Below are positions 28,770-43,716 of a DNA stretch of 64,000 nt, piece by piece. The notes beneath the pieces are model-generated. The model was not told the origin of the DNA. It ran no database searches and was given only the letters and a program-made list of their open reading frames with translations. Position 1 is the first letter of the stretch. Each line of letters starts with the position of its first letter. This DNA is from Eledone cirrhosa (taxonomy: Eukaryota). A program made the position numbers and the translations under genes. The stretch is from positions 289,850,001 through 289,914,000 of the forward strand of contig OZ024743.1 in NCBI GenBank assembly GCA_964016885.1. The letters run 5' to 3'.

Positions 28770-31542
28770 CCTATATAACCTGGTGTTTTAGTTTCCTTGC
28801 AAGAATGTACTTCACCAACTCAGACCGGTGCCACAATATTTTAAATAAAAATTGGCTTTGCGTACCGGTGCCTTAACAATATAAGGAGACAAATCCCTAA
28901 CCATAACAAGCACACCATTTGTACGTCTCACAAACTTCGTGAATGCATCTGTAGAAACACACACGTATACCCCCCCCCCCCCCCCCACACACACACAATA
29001 TATATATATATAATATAGTGCTTGTTTTGTTTTAGAAACATTAACTGTGAGAATAAAGAAGAATAAATACACTCTATACAATTTGATATAAACACACAAA
29101 TACCGGAATGATTATTTAAAGATATTTCGGGGATTATTGTCTCTTCATCATAATGTAATTACTTTTATGATTCCTCCTAGAAAATTATATTTTTAGCCTC
29201 AATCTTCAAGTCAAACAGGATGTCGCCAAAGTCTGATTTTATGTCTATCGACTCAAGGCTTGTGAGTAAAATTCAGTACACTGGAATTGTGCCCGCATTT
29301 CAGCATTTCTAGAGTATATCTCGGCCTAATTCAATTTAGTCATGTACATCTCATTTTATTCAAACATAATGTATCTGAGACTAGCCAATGTGTCATTGCT
29401 TCATCGCAGTATATTACATGGAGTGGATATGTTGCTGCGTATAGCAAATCAAAGATATACGCAGATGTGCATAGTTCATTGAATGCATTCAGAAATATAC
29501 ATAGGATTAATTGATAATTAAATGTACAATATTGAATCTGAATATTAGAACATTTTTGGGGTGTTAATTAGTTATTTTAAGATACTGCTTTCAAAATCAT
29601 GGGGTCGTAGATTCCGCACCCGAATCGTGAGGTGCCTTTTGTACGCGTGAAACGCATTTCATTTCATGTTTTCCTTGTCCACTCACGTGTAAATATTTTC
29701 CAGTAGCAACACCACTCGACGACTAACCATACAACAACTTATGCGTCGGTCAAAAGTGAAAACATTTTTTTAAAATACAATTTCGTACTTTGACGCTTTA
29801 CATACAAGGGAAATGTAAGTGCATCCTAAAACCCCTTTGTAGTCCCTTGTCTGAATGTTTTATCAGCAGTTATTGGATATCATTGAGGAAAATTACGCAA
29901 TTAGGAAGCTGTGACAATGACCTATTAACTACCTAATTAATGTTGAATGCAATATGAATTAATTTTAAGAAATTGGATTTAGGCTACAATCAATCTCCGT
30001 GCACAGCTCTTTTGAATTCTTTCTGTACTGTGCACATAACAGAAATTTATTATTTTTTTCCGAAATACACCAACTTGAGAAGATCATGATCAATTTATAT
30101 TTTATTCAAATTATTTTACTTGGCAGCAGACGTCGATATGTCATATCATTAAACAGAAAGCACAGTCATCATAAAATAGTTATAAGGAATGTAAAAATAT
30201 AAGCAATCATTTAAACCAAAAGGAATTGCATTAGAAACGAAAATGTTGAAACTACTAAAGAATAATAAAAATAAAAATTAATTTTATCGATATTAATACT
30301 AACTTTAAATCCCTAAAATACGAAGAATTACGAGAAAATAAATAGTTATTTCAGAAAAATAGCAACAAAAGTAATGTAAAATTAAAGTACAAAGACTGTA
30401 GAAAATTTAAAATAACACGATGTATATGATGAGAGAAAGTCTTCATTATTTTAAGAGAATTCAATTATGGTGGATCATTTGAGCTGAAATCACAAAAATT
30501 CAATGATTGTATCAGTTTATCTTGAGAATATCAAGGATATTAAACATGTCAGGTTGTAAATCCGCGTCTATTTATTTGAATAAAACGCTACAGAATCTGA
30601 TGGCTGAAGTAAACGCAAAATTGATTAATGTGAAGAAGCGTGTATGAATGTTATTTATAACAGGATGGACGTAAATTAAAGTAGATTTCGTCAACCCTTC
30701 TCATAAGAAAACAGATTTTCTGTGCATGACGTATATACGATACATATAATTTTCTATCAATTTTCGTCGCGAATGTACGAATAGGATACAAAACTGATAA
30801 TTTCTTTAGGAAATATGGCGAAAATAGCTATATGTATTGTATCAAGAATGCAAATCACCTGTCTCTTTTAATTCAACTTGAACCACATGTTCGCATGGTA
30901 TATACAAGACATGGCTTGTATAATAAATGAATGAGAAAGAACGTGTAAAATAAATTTTAGTGTGTGTGTGTGTGTCTATGACAAAAGAATTAGAGCATCG
31001 AAATCGTGTTTTGCAAAGCATTTTTACTGTAAATATAACTCCTGCGTTCAAATCTCACTCTCATTACTTTGGGTTCTCAGCCAATTATGAGGTTATTTGC
31101 ATTGACTGCAATCATTTTTTTCTTAAATGGATGGAAATTTTCTCAACACATATATAGTATACTATTGTAATATATATATAGGTGCGTGTGTATGTGTATG
31201 TGTAACTTCCCGAGCTGTGTTGGGGGGAAAGTGACCAGAGTAAAACAAGTTAATCAATACATTGGTAGAGTACAACCATCTTCATTATATATAGGAAAAT
31301 TACTTCTACATGACTAAAACTGTTTCTTTTATATGAAATCATTCTAGTCCTGTAGCTGTCATTTTACCCCGCCCCCTCTTTCTCTCTCACTCTCTCTCTC
31401 TATATATATATATAACTATATATACATATATATATATATACATATATATATTTATATATACATATATATATGGAATAGAATGAAACGAAATTTCGTTTCT
31501 CACTCTTAGTACGGCACTTACTTAAATGTATACATACATACT

Positions 31543-31617
<75 letters not shown>

Positions 31618-31620
<3 letters not shown>

Positions 31621-32802
31621 TAATTTAATATATCTACTAACATAAGCGCACAGATGTACGCTAATGCCAGCAAATACACAGGTTATGTCATATTAAGTAA
31701 GTAAGTTAATTTTTTTTTTATTTAAAAAAAAAAAATTCTTATTTTACGTCTTTTATATTATTGTTCTGCATTCTCCTGCATTGAACCACCTAGGTACTAT
31801 GACATAACCTGTGTATTTGCTGGCATTAGCGTACATCTGTGCGCTTATGTTAGTAGATATATTAAATTATCTATATTTATCTCCAAATCACTGATTTGTC
31901 GAGCAAACCTGCCAAAACCACTTCTAAATTTTTTGGGGGTGTTAGTAGGCGTCTGTCATCTTACCATCCCATTCCTACTGACTAGCCTCTGTGTCACGTG
32001 ATTGATTCTTTAGAATCGGCCATATGCCCAGTAGCAGTGAGAATTTTCAGTACCTGGAATCCAGTCCTCGATAGCTGTTCCATTTACCGAATTATTATTA
32101 TTTTTATATGAGTCCCCAGTGTCCGCGCATTGCCTGGAGACTTGGCTGAGAATGATCTCCCTGATGACGCAATGAAATTCTCAACAGTTCATTACGTAAC
32201 TGTCTTTATCCCATTGCAGAAACTAATTAGTTGGAGTGAAAAATTAAGTAAGTAAGTTAATTTAAAAAAAAAGATTTTTTTTTAAATTTTCTTATTTTAC
32301 GTCTTTTATATTATTGTTCTGCATCCTCCTGCATTGAACCACCTAGGTACTATGACATAACCTGTGTATTTGCTGGCATTAGCGTACATCTGTGCGCTTA
32401 TGTTAGTAGATATATTAAATTATCTATATTTATCTCCAAATCACTGATTTGTCGAGCAAACCTGCCAAAACCACTTCTAAATTTTTTGGGGGTGTTAGTA
32501 GGCGTCTGTCATCTTACCATCCCATTCCTACTGACTAGCCTCTGTGTCACGTGATTGATTCTTTAGAATCGACCATATGACCAGTAGCAGTGAGAATTTT
32601 CAGTACCTGGAATCCAGTCCTCGATAGCTGTTCCATTTACCGAATTATTATTATTTTTATATGAGTCCCCAGTGTCCGCGCATTGCCTGGAGACTTGACT
32701 GAGAATGATGTCCCTGATGACGCAATGAAATTCTCAACAGTTCATTACGTAACTGTCTTTATCCCATTGCAGAAACTAATTAGTTGGAGTAAAAATTAAG
32801 TA
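31618..32802. mobile_element. Second insertion of the 540-553-bp retrozyme-like family (short minus arm 31618-31692, about 2 units plus)
   Basis: HHRs at 32157-32236 and 32710-32789 (period 553); sequence is the reverse complement of 26740-27614. Confidence 0.9.
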
Positions 32803-32809
32803 ATTTTAA

Positions 32810-33304
32810 GCATTTATTGATGCTTATCAAAGCCAACTACTCCTCCCGTTTGCTGAAAAAACCCAGGATGTTTTGGTTCTTATAGAATTCTAGTAAATAA
32901 TCAGGAACTGATTATACAGAGCGGTTGCCGGGCAAACAGAAATTCAAAATTAGAATTGGTGCTCTGAAATAGCTATATATATATATGAATGTATATATAG
33001 TGGATTTTGCAATATACTGTATACTTAATAAAAAGCATTTTGAAGAACTGATTATACAGAGCGGTTGCCGGTCAAGCAGAAATTAAAAATTAGAACCAAG
33101 GCCTTGTCAGCTTTATCTCCCCCTGTTAGCTGAAATTAAAGTAAGGGAGTCTGTCACTACTCTAAATCAATAGCATAAGGTCTTCAAAATGCTTTTTATT
33201 AAGCATACAATGTATTGCAAAATACACTATATATACATTCATATATATATAGCTATTTCAGAGCAACAATTCTAATTTTTAATTTCTGCTTGACCGGCAA
33301 CCGC

Positions 33305-33310
<6 letters not shown>
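32810..33310. mobile_element. Diverged, rearranged copy of the 318-bp family with inversion near 33095
   Basis: Shares ttcttatagaattctagtaaataatcagga..ctgattatacagagcg with 23923-23970; TTGATAA core again (plus strand ttatcaa, 32824-32830). Confidence 0.8.
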
Positions 33311-33382
<72 letters not shown>

Positions 33383-33540
33383 TATATTTATATATATATA
33401 TTTATATATATATAAATATATTTAGATATATACATATATATATACGTATATATATATACATATATATATTTATATATATATAAATATATTTAGATATATA
33501 CATATATATATTTATATATATATATATAATACATATATAT

Positions 33541-33751
33541 ATAGGAAAATGTATGACCCCCGACGGCAGAGCTCAAGCCGTTTTGACAGCTATTTCTTGA
33601 CCCAGAAATAGGATCCAGAAATAGCCGTCGAAACAGCTTGAGCTCCGCCGTCGGGGTCATACAATTTCCTATTACCCACTCTACTACCCTAAGTATTGAG
33701 TACTCTAGTGCGTTATGGTCCATCTAGTTCCTTACCGCAACTCCTTCGTTA
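33541..33751. mobile_element. Inverted-repeat remnant carrying the 3' half of an HHR; same family as 39228-39400
   Basis: Arms 33541-33597 and 33617-33671; gtc-GAAA-c(a/g)gc..gccg-TC-ggggtc; TA flanks. Confidence 0.75.
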
Positions 33752-33979
33752 TATATATATATATATGATTATTTTTACTATTGTCTTTTATTGGTTCCCT
33801 GATTATAATTATTTAGCCACAATCGACTTCCATGAAGTACATTTAGTTGTTCTATCACCAGAACAACCTACTCCTGACAAGCACAACTCATCCGACAAGT
33901 CTCAACAGAGTTTGACTGTGCTCAATCTCCCTGATATGTATTGGACTGATATTATGAAAAGTGAGCGAGTGTGTGTGCG

Positions 33980-34022
<43 letters not shown>

Positions 34023-34148
34023 AATAAAGATTCAGCGAGAATCGCATTTTCGGCGTGCAGGAAAAGAGAAGCGAAAGGCAAAAATCAGAAATGATATATA
34101 TATATATATAATATAAGATCAAAAGATGGTTAAAAGAGTTCCAAGTAT

Positions 34149-34215
34149 TTTTATTATGCGCATTTCAAAAACAACTATCATCATGGGATGGTATCTGCGT
34201 TCTCATCAGATAAAA
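34149..34215 (-). ncRNA. Canonical minimal hammerhead ribozyme (family of 23586-23652)
   Basis: ttttat-CTGATGA-gaacgcagatacc..gatagttgttttt-GAAA-tgcgca-TA-ataaaa. Confidence 0.85.
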
Positions 34216-36552
34216 TAGGGATACATGATATGAAGATTTAAAAACACTTGTGAATAGTGAAGTTTTAAATCAACATATGAAAAATAATTTAAGATTGATG
34301 TATGAGATTGGGAAACAGTGAGGGGGGGGGGGGTGGACAATGTAAGGAAGAGGAGGAGATGAGAGTAAAGAATGGTGGGGGAGGAGTATAAGTTACACAA
34401 TAATCAAAGCAATGTTCAAATCATTTTATTGCTGACAATCGTTTCTTCCAAACTATCGTTTGTGATCATCGGAACATTAACAATGTCGCATCCATTCCAC
34501 TCTGTAAATACGAAACTGTTGTTGACAACATTAATATCCATGTACCTATATGATTGTTCAGTTGAATAGGAGGTTAATTCAGTTGAATAGGAGGTTTATA
34601 GTTGTATATAGTGTATACATAACTATAAATATATAATAGAAGAAATTGATGAAAGAGAAGCAAGCCGTTAAAATATATTTATAAGAAGTGCTTACACATT
34701 TTACCCCCAAGAAGCGCTCTTCCGAGGTACACAAGGAAATAAAGGATTTAATAAAGAACCCTGTGTGGGTATTTTAACATCGAAATTCATATCTCGGTGT
34801 TACAAAGTTAAATGTTTATGTTTGTGAACACAGGGAAGTAATGCCGGTGTTATTTAGATTTATCTGCTAAATATAAATATATATATATACAGAGAGAGAG
34901 AGAGAGAGATTGACTACGAAGAATTGAAACTAAGTGTCGGTCTCGGTGGGTTTTGAGTAGAGGCAGCCGGACTATGTCTCGCAAAGATCGAATCCAACGC
35001 AATAATCAATCTGCCATTTTGCGGTCTATACCACTACAATCATTTTGTTATCAATCTAGTTATATGTATAACATTTATTCTGTAGCACATGTCTTAATCC
35101 CACTATTTTGTTTTACCAGTTTCATTATTGCATTAATCGCTTTCTCATATCAAATTTTCAAATCATAATGTTGCATTACCCCTGATTTTGCTGGGCATGT
35201 CGATACACAGTCTTGAGGCCTTTTGTGGAGGGGGAGTGGAAGTTTACCTTAAATCGTATTCCCTTCCGATTGCTTGCTTGCAACATAATGAAACATGCTG
35301 ATTTTACCACAGAAAGACGCATTATTTCTACAACCCAATAAAGCAACACACGTATTTGCAATGAGAACCCAAATAGCTGGAATAATTAAGACGATACAAT
35401 TCTGCTAATTCAACGCTCTGGACATGTATTTCATTTTAGCAACGAGTAAGGGCATACATTCACCTCGCTGGGATTTGAAAAGAGAGTGCAGAGATTCGCA
35501 ACAAATATTAAAAAGCATTTGGTCCTATGCTTTAACAATTTTGCCATTCACCGCCATATTCTTTTAGTTGTTCATACCATTATTATATGTGGTATACAAT
35601 TTTTAGACCCCAGCATGCAAATATATTTCTTTACATTTATACAAAACACTGTTGTTCATTGAGAAATAAAATTCTGTTATTGACACATGCCGTAGCTTAG
35701 TACATATATTGAAGTTTCGTTTGAAAAAATTACAAAGACGCATACAAAATAATCAGGTACGTCGATACAAAAAAGTTTTAGGCGATAGATGGTTAAATGT
35801 ATAGAAATAACTTCATCTACATTGGAATTTTGAATTCGTTAAAATGAAAAGTAATAATATAAAAGAAAACTGTTCTCAATAAACTCGGTTTTATCTATTA
35901 TACATAGAAATGTCTAATTCTGAATGTACAGGATTGCATGACACGGCACATTAATGGTGAATTATTGCTTTTCATTGAGTGGGAAGAGTAATGCCCATTG
36001 TCACGAGAGCCAAGACTGTTGGGTGAGGTGGGTGGAAGCTGTCTACAAATTGGTGTGTTGTTGCGGATATGTGGGATGAACAAGAAATCAGTATATTCTC
36101 CCAAACCCCAGGTAGTGGGTTTAAACTCGATAAGGATTAAAATCTACGATATAAGTAGACCACAGCAGAGTTTTAACTAAGAACACAAACATTTGGAACA
36201 GTTAAAGATGCGATAACACATCCGTAAATCCACGTTTTTAATATTGGCTATTGAAAAAGACGAAAGAGCACAGTTGACTTTGGCATGATGTGAACTCAGA
36301 CCTAGACACAGGAAAAACTCATTGAATCTAGTATACAGCACTGACGATCTGTCTCAGTAAGGGCATCTGAAGATGTATGAAGGAATGAAACCTGGAAAAA
36401 TGAAGTAATATAACTATATAATTCAATACACTTATTCTAATATACTACCGATTATGTTATTCAAATACACTCGCAGGAGGTAATATTTAAATAGAAAACG
36501 CAACTAATTCGATGTATAAATTCAGTCTTCTGAGACGGAAATTCATTGTAAT

Positions 36553-36703
<151 letters not shown>

Positions 36704-39177
36704 TAATACTGTTTAAGCTGTTTCTAATGCTCTTAATTAGCAAATGATATTACCTCATGTATTTTATATTTACTCAATATATGGCTTTGCATTTTACACT
36801 CGATAGACCGTTAATTAATAGGATAAATAGCTTTATACCGTACGCTAGTTAATAATTACATAATCTATGTGATTGTATTTCCTATTCTCGAAGAAAGCCG
36901 TCAAAAGAAATTAGTTTTTCACTGATACTTATGATGAATAGACAATAATTAAAGACGGTTTTGCATTATTGAGAATGTCGGATGCTGCACTAATAACATT
37001 GACTTCTAACATTGGCAGAAGACTACAAATGTTAGGAAGGGAACTGTTAACACAATTGATCAAATACTTAACTGATATATATTTACCTTATCTTGGAAGG
37101 ATGAAACAAACGTCAATTGCGGCAATATTTTAAGTACTGATGTATATGTGAACGCCACTCCATACCGCCGTGCGCTTTAACAGCGGGGTAACGTTGATCA
37201 AACTCACCGACGTAATGAAAATTATCAGCTCATTGTTATATAACGCTTAGAAATATGTATTACAGAATTCTATTATTCTCATTTACTGTTTCTTTTCTAA
37301 GGAAGAGAACTGAAATACCAATTTTTTAGGGGATCCCCGAAGGGAGAGAGGAATGTATCTTTAAATCGGATACAGTTTGAATAATTGTAACAGTTTACTC
37401 TCCTGGTGAATGAGTCCAGGTGTTCATGTTAAACTGAGACATGTTACCTGTAGTGTATATTGTTTACAATGATGGATACTTATATAATTTAATATACATA
37501 CACACATACGCAGGCATACACACAAACACCCACCCACACACTCTCATATATGTGTGTGTGGGTGTGGGTGTGTGTTACTCGAGAATATTCACATTTTAGT
37601 GTGAGTACTATTGGATCTTTCTATATTACACTATTATAATAAATGATAAAGAATAGCAGCAACTGGTGATCTAATTGTGCTTGAGATCTTTGTTGGCCAC
37701 ATTTTGCCAAAATTGCTGTGAGAATGCTTTTGTTGCTTATGTGTCACTAATATGAAATGATCATTATCTTTCTGTTGCATCTCATTTCGAATGTCACTAT
37801 TGAAAACTCAAAGTTCATCTACTATGTATTGTTAGATAGCATCTAATGTTTTATTATTACAATTTGGCATTATTAAAAAAAAAAACGTTTTCCCTATTCT
37901 TGTAGTATATTAGATGCTGACGTTTGCCAGTCGTTGCTGGATAACATCAGTTAGAAACTCATTGACCTACAGAGGCCATATATGTTTTCATACCGTATCT
38001 CTGAGATTTCACAGGGAAAGTGGTTAAGTTGGTGGTTAATTGTGATCCGTAGTATTCAATTAGGTCCGACCAAGCATATTTTGTGATTGATAACTTTTAT
38101 CAGAATTTTTACTTTAATATCGAATAGGTTCAGGGTTCCAGTGTTGTCGGAGATGTTCTATATTAAAGAATGTGTTGGGAGCCATGTTGTTAAACATGCA
38201 ATGCACATTTATAACGTCATGTATTCGTCTCCTTGAGCATATAATTCACTTACGTAGGACAGAAATAGAAGTAGTTACAGCTGTTAAACATACTGCTTTC
38301 AGACGTCTCGCTCCTATGCCTGACATACTAATATGTGGTCCTGAAATATGTATAGTTAGGGAATGGCTACAACTAAAGTATATATTTTGTTTTAACAATG
38401 AGGTGACTCTTTGTCATGCCTCTTTCTCAATACCCCCACATTGGACATAGCTATGTAAAAACACGAGAATTCTTGATTGCTATCGCTTTTATTATATCTT
38501 GTGTGAAACTCCAGGAATGAAGAAATTACGAGGATGTTGGCTTTACATTGCTCCACGTGATTAATTTACCACAATCCCCGAAACGACCACGCGGTTTGTA
38601 CATTCAAAATTAGTCTATTTATTAATTTGGTTTAAAAAAAGGAAAACTTTCTAACCCATTGAATTTTGCATGACGAACGATGTCACATAAATGTTAATTT
38701 CTAAATGATTCTCACCGATAGTAACAAGCAACACGCTGAATTGACCAAAAACAATGTATATTGCCAAAGGATTTCCCCACTATATGCATTTATGAACACA
38801 TGTAATTACAGACACTCACACACCCTTACACGCACAAATACTCACACGCATAGAAAGTTTCATATCTAGGTAAACCTGAATGATTTTTGTCGAGTTGACT
38901 TTTCCCAAATTTGGTTTTCCTCTTTCAGGGTATCCAGAAATCATTTGTCACTAATAGCACTACCATTCATAAGCTGTACTGGATTATGTAGTTAACTGTA
39001 TTACATCTCTGCATACCATATATATGACCTGACAAATACCTATATATGCACATACACGCATACGCGCAAATATAATCATGCATACACACTTATTATTCCT
39101 GTACACGTCTATATTTTTGTATTTATTTATGTATAATCATCCATATCTATGTATCACTCTCTCTCTCTCTCTCTCTC

Positions 39178-39227
<50 letters not shown>

Positions 39228-39230
<3 letters not shown>

Positions 39231-39400
39231 CGAAGAAAATGTGGTAAGGAACCAGATGGACCATAACGCACCAAAGTACTCAATACTTAGGGTAGTAGAG
39301 TGGGTAATAGGAACGAGTAGGACCCCGACGGCTGAGCTCAGTCCAGAATTAGCCGTCGAAACGGCTTGAGCTCAGCGGTCGGGGTCCTACTCGTTCCTAT
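39228..39400. mobile_element. Inverted-repeat HHR remnant of the 33541 family, in (TA)n
   Basis: 39228-39340 is the reverse complement of about 33638-33751; internal arms 39307-39340 and 39367-39400. Confidence 0.78.
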
Positions 39401-41019
39401 ATATATATATATATATGGGTGTGTAAGTGTGTGTGTGACTGTGTGCGTTTGGGAATGTGTGTGTTCCTGATTCTTCGTCTCTGTGTACTAAATGTGTGTG
39501 TGCTTATTTGTCTATATCTCTCTCACTCTTTCTCTCTTTGCATTGTGTACATATAATGGCGATGATCGCGGCTGCTTTGTAAAGACTCCGCTTACTGAAG
39601 CAGTTAATGTCTCCTCAGGGTTTAACTATGCAATTATGAACGAAGATTAATTTCAGCCAACATATTTCTCGTAATGGTTTTTTTCTTGTTGTCAACATTT
39701 CTCCAGTTTAAGTCAGTATTATTTTCATAAAGATCAATTTCTTTTTAGAATCACTACCCGTAATGTACCCAATAACTGTTAAACGATTCGAGTAGATCGA
39801 AAAACTGGTTTTTATATAATTGTATTGCCACTATTCCCATAGCAAGTAAATATCTCGCTAAGCAAGCCACTGACAAAGACGAAGAAATAAAGATAGTTAA
39901 ATCAATATAAAGATCTAATTATAAAAGTCATTAAAAAAAATATTGAAATACTCGTATATATCATATTCATCATTCGATATCATATGGACGCAGAGATGTT
40001 TTGGAATTTCATGGGGTGTATGATTTTCGTACTCTGTAATGTTAATCGTACAGTAAAAAAAAAAAGACAAGTCTCTGTCTTATATTAGTGGAGAAAAGGA
40101 AAATACTTGGCAATGGAAAATATTTTTATAAAAAAATAGCAATAATAAAAACTCACAAATAGATACAAAATGAAACAAAATGATGACATCGTGAAAGTTT
40201 GATCGGTAACATAGTCGATAAAGAATTTGACATAAGTACTGAAAAAAAATTAAAGCAAAATAAATATTATTCACCACAACCTAAAATCAATAACAACCAA
40301 TACAATTTACACATGAATTATGAGACTTAATTAAATATATTCTTTTAATAAAATTCAATAAATTAGATAATTTTATGATGTTACGGTCTCCAGGGATATT
40401 AATATTAAGTCGTGAAATTTCGCTCATTCAACATTTCTTTCCATTAACTTTATGATAAAACTTGCAACCTGTTTTTCCAACTTATATTTTTAATAATTTA
40501 TTTATCGACATATTGTAATATATGTAATACCAAACACAGCAATAAATACCACAATAAAAATTGTATTATAAATAACAGTGGACTCTAATTTATGCTCAGG
40601 TCAAGCAATTTGTGACGACAGTAAAAGTCGAATAGAGAGACCAATACTTGACTGGTATGTTATTTTATTGTTTCCGAAAGGATGAAAGGCAGAGCCGAAA
40701 CAAATACTGCTTTATGGATTTCTTCAAACCACAAAGGGTAATATAGATGAAGAAGTAAACAAAAACAAAAATCAAAATCAGAATTATACAAGATCGGAAA
40801 TCACCCTGATAGCAAAGGGCACCATAGGAAAGAAACTGTCACCTCTGAAAGCTCCGGTCTCCAGCCTGAAGCTATCACACTGCCCTAAACATACGTAAAA
40901 GCAGTACCGACCTCTCCAGTCTCATCTATCTCCTTAGGACCCATAGTACCCTAAATACTACAGACGAGAAAATACTGCCCTACACCTATTTGAACAATGT
41001 ATTATACAAAGTCACTATG

Positions 41020-41140
41020 AGCGGTGGCAGCAGCAGTAGTAGTAGCAGAGCCGCAGCAGCAACAGCAGCAGCTTCTGCTGTTGCTCTAGTAACATATGAA
41101 GTGGCAGTGGCAGTGATGGTGATGTTAGCACTGGTAGTAT
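41020..41140. repeat. Degenerate (GCA)/(GTA)n trinucleotide repeat
   Basis: gcagcagcagtagtagtagcagagccgcagcagcaacagcagcagc. Confidence 0.7.
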
Positions 41141-43532
41141 TAATATACTTTTATTCCTTGATGTAGAAACACGGAAAGCTTTAGGGGAAGAGAGACACGA
41201 GTTATAATAATTTATTTTATTGGCAACAAGTGCCTAAGTCTTTGGGGAATATACAAAGTCACAAACAACAGAGTGGGGCTTACATCGATAAAGGAAAAGG
41301 TGTAAGTAGCAATTTTTGTTGTATTTTCTGTCGTTGCTGTAGTAGTAGTTGAAGGGTAGTTAACGGTGATAATGATGTTAGTGTTGCTGTTATTAATATA
41401 TGTGTATTCCTAGGTGTGGAAACAACATCTACAATACTAGTTGATTGTGATGTGAACATGATACCTAGGATATATATTATCTATGATTTCACAGTTATTC
41501 GCTACAGATAATAGGAGATTTAAGAAATAATTGACATCAGATTTTTTGGTATTTTCTCTCTGCGCTCCGACTTCAATTCTATTCGAACTTCACCGTCCCT
41601 TTAATCGCTTCAGCGACGATAATACGAAAGATTTCAGGGCGGTGGATTGAGGGAATTGTGAGAGCATTGGACGCAATACTAATTTGTACCTGCTCTTTGC
41701 TTTCTGGCTAAAAATCCTGAATCCAACCTCTCCATCTACTCCTGAATAACCTCTTCTAATAAGCGGTAATATTTTTTAATTATGTATATTTCATTTTGGT
41801 TCTATTCAGTTGAGAGTCATCTTTCATTTTTTTCTATATCCGTTCCGACTCTCTCAACGGTCATAATGCATTTTATTATTTTAGTATTAAAGTTAGCTTT
41901 GCATTTCATCATTACGTGGTCGATAAAATAAAGTGCCAGTAACGATTTAATCTATTTTCCCCTCCCCCCAAATTGTTGGCCTTATGCCTAAACCAGAAAC
42001 AATTATTTTCAGACTGACGAATAATATATCAATCGTATACTGGATCCATAAGAGCCTTCATGTTCCTATTTTGTCCCCCTTATATCTGCATTGGAATTCC
42101 TCTTCTCACATTTTGCCACATTGATTCAGCTTCATCATTCTCCTCAGCTCATATAAGTCTATGTAATTATTAACCACGTACGCGTGGATTTCTAGAGTAG
42201 GAAAAAGGTTAGTCGAATAACTGAATAATAATCTTCGAGACCGACAGAGAATCTATCATTGATATCGGTGCAACTGTACTGCTTCTAACCAAAATAATCC
42301 GTAGCCTAGCAGCTACGGTGTTGGTCTTGCAAGCGTAGCGTTAGCGCATAGTGTGTTTGAGACGGGTACTTCATTTCGTGTTATTTCAGTCAACTAGTAT
42401 TAACAGAGTTTGGTGCAATCGGTACGACACACATGCGTTCGTCCAACGGAGTGTTTGTTGTACATGAAGTTGCTTAACGCTCCATATAATCATGATAAGC
42501 TCCGGTTTGACGAGACTTTGAATTCTGGACAGACTAGCATAATGTTATTTTACTAACATTAACGTCTATCAATATAACATATCTATTTATCTCTATTTGT
42601 GGCAAACGATTTGAGATTGCTGGCTAATAAAATTGAGTAACATGATAATTCTCATATGAACATGTGGAATATTTCTCCAGTAGCATGGCATGGTGTAACT
42701 GCGGCTTTAATATCATCTGTATTTTATATTTCTCGACCCTCGAAGGATGAACCACACAAATCACGTCTACACGATTTCAACTCAGAAAGTAAAGTGTTAA
42801 AATAAGCAAATAGACAGGTACCCTACAATTAACTTGTTTTTTTTCCCTCTCTTCACTAGCTCCCTCCCCTCCTCTCTATGTATCTGCATTCTACATTCTT
42901 TCTCTGTTTATCTGAATTGTTACTCAGTTTCAGACAATGATCGATAACTGTTGCAGCATTTTCATCAGAACTCCCCTCATCCCACTTCTCTTACGCCCCC
43001 ACATCCTTCTTCTTTACTCCTTTTCCTCTTTTACACTGCTGTCATCTTATATGTGTCAACAAAAGGCCTGCGGGAATTAGGATCGATTTATATTTCATTC
43101 CTCTCTGTATCACATTGATGTTGCCAGATATCTAATACCATAAGCTTACGTTCCTTTCCACTTCTCTATTACCACCACATTTGTTCTCCTAACCACGGCT
43201 AGCCAACACACGGCCATTAGCTCTAAATTATATTGACTGTAGCAATTTTAATATTGAATCAATGCGTCCGATTTATGTTGATTTTATTGGATTACGTCTT
43301 AGAGTTATTGTTATAGGACATTGAGAATGGTGAATAGCAGTGTCACCAGAGCAACGAACAAACGTATTAGTTACGTCATGTACGTTATTGTGGGTTCAAA
43401 CGCTGCGTAGGTCAGTTGTGCCTTTTATCATTCCCGGGTGAATGGCATAACTGCCAGTCAAAGTGTATAGGTAGATATAATCGAAAATACATCTTCCATT
43501 CAATATTTGTGGCTATTATTAACTCGATTAAA

Positions 43533-43716
43533 GGCAGTGAATTGGCAGTATAGGCGGAGGGTCGGATGCCATGCTTTCCAGTATAGTTACATCCCTTTAC
43601 AGTCTGAGTTCAAATCCCGTCGAGGTTAACTTTGCCTTCATCCTTACGGGGTCGATAAAATAAAGTACCAATAATGCACTGGTTAATTGCTGGCCTTGTA
43701 TCCAAAGTAGAAACAA
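43533..43716 (+). mobile_element. tRNA-derived SINE, near full length, within a cluster of decayed copies (about 43350-44060)
   Basis: A-box-like tggcagtatagg, B-box GAGTTCAAATCC, core ttcatccttacggggtcgataaaataaagtacca, tail gctggccttgtatccaaagtagaaacaa; further remnants near 35450, 37090, 40660, 41910, 42730, 50700 and 53260. Confidence 0.8.

Noticed and set aside
34690-34730. HHR-like scraps here and near 36365 and 58318
   Set aside because: Too many core or stem mismatches to distinguish from chance.
43533-43625. tRNA gene
   Set aside because: Has A/B-box-like motifs but no cloverleaf and continues into a dispersed SINE body.
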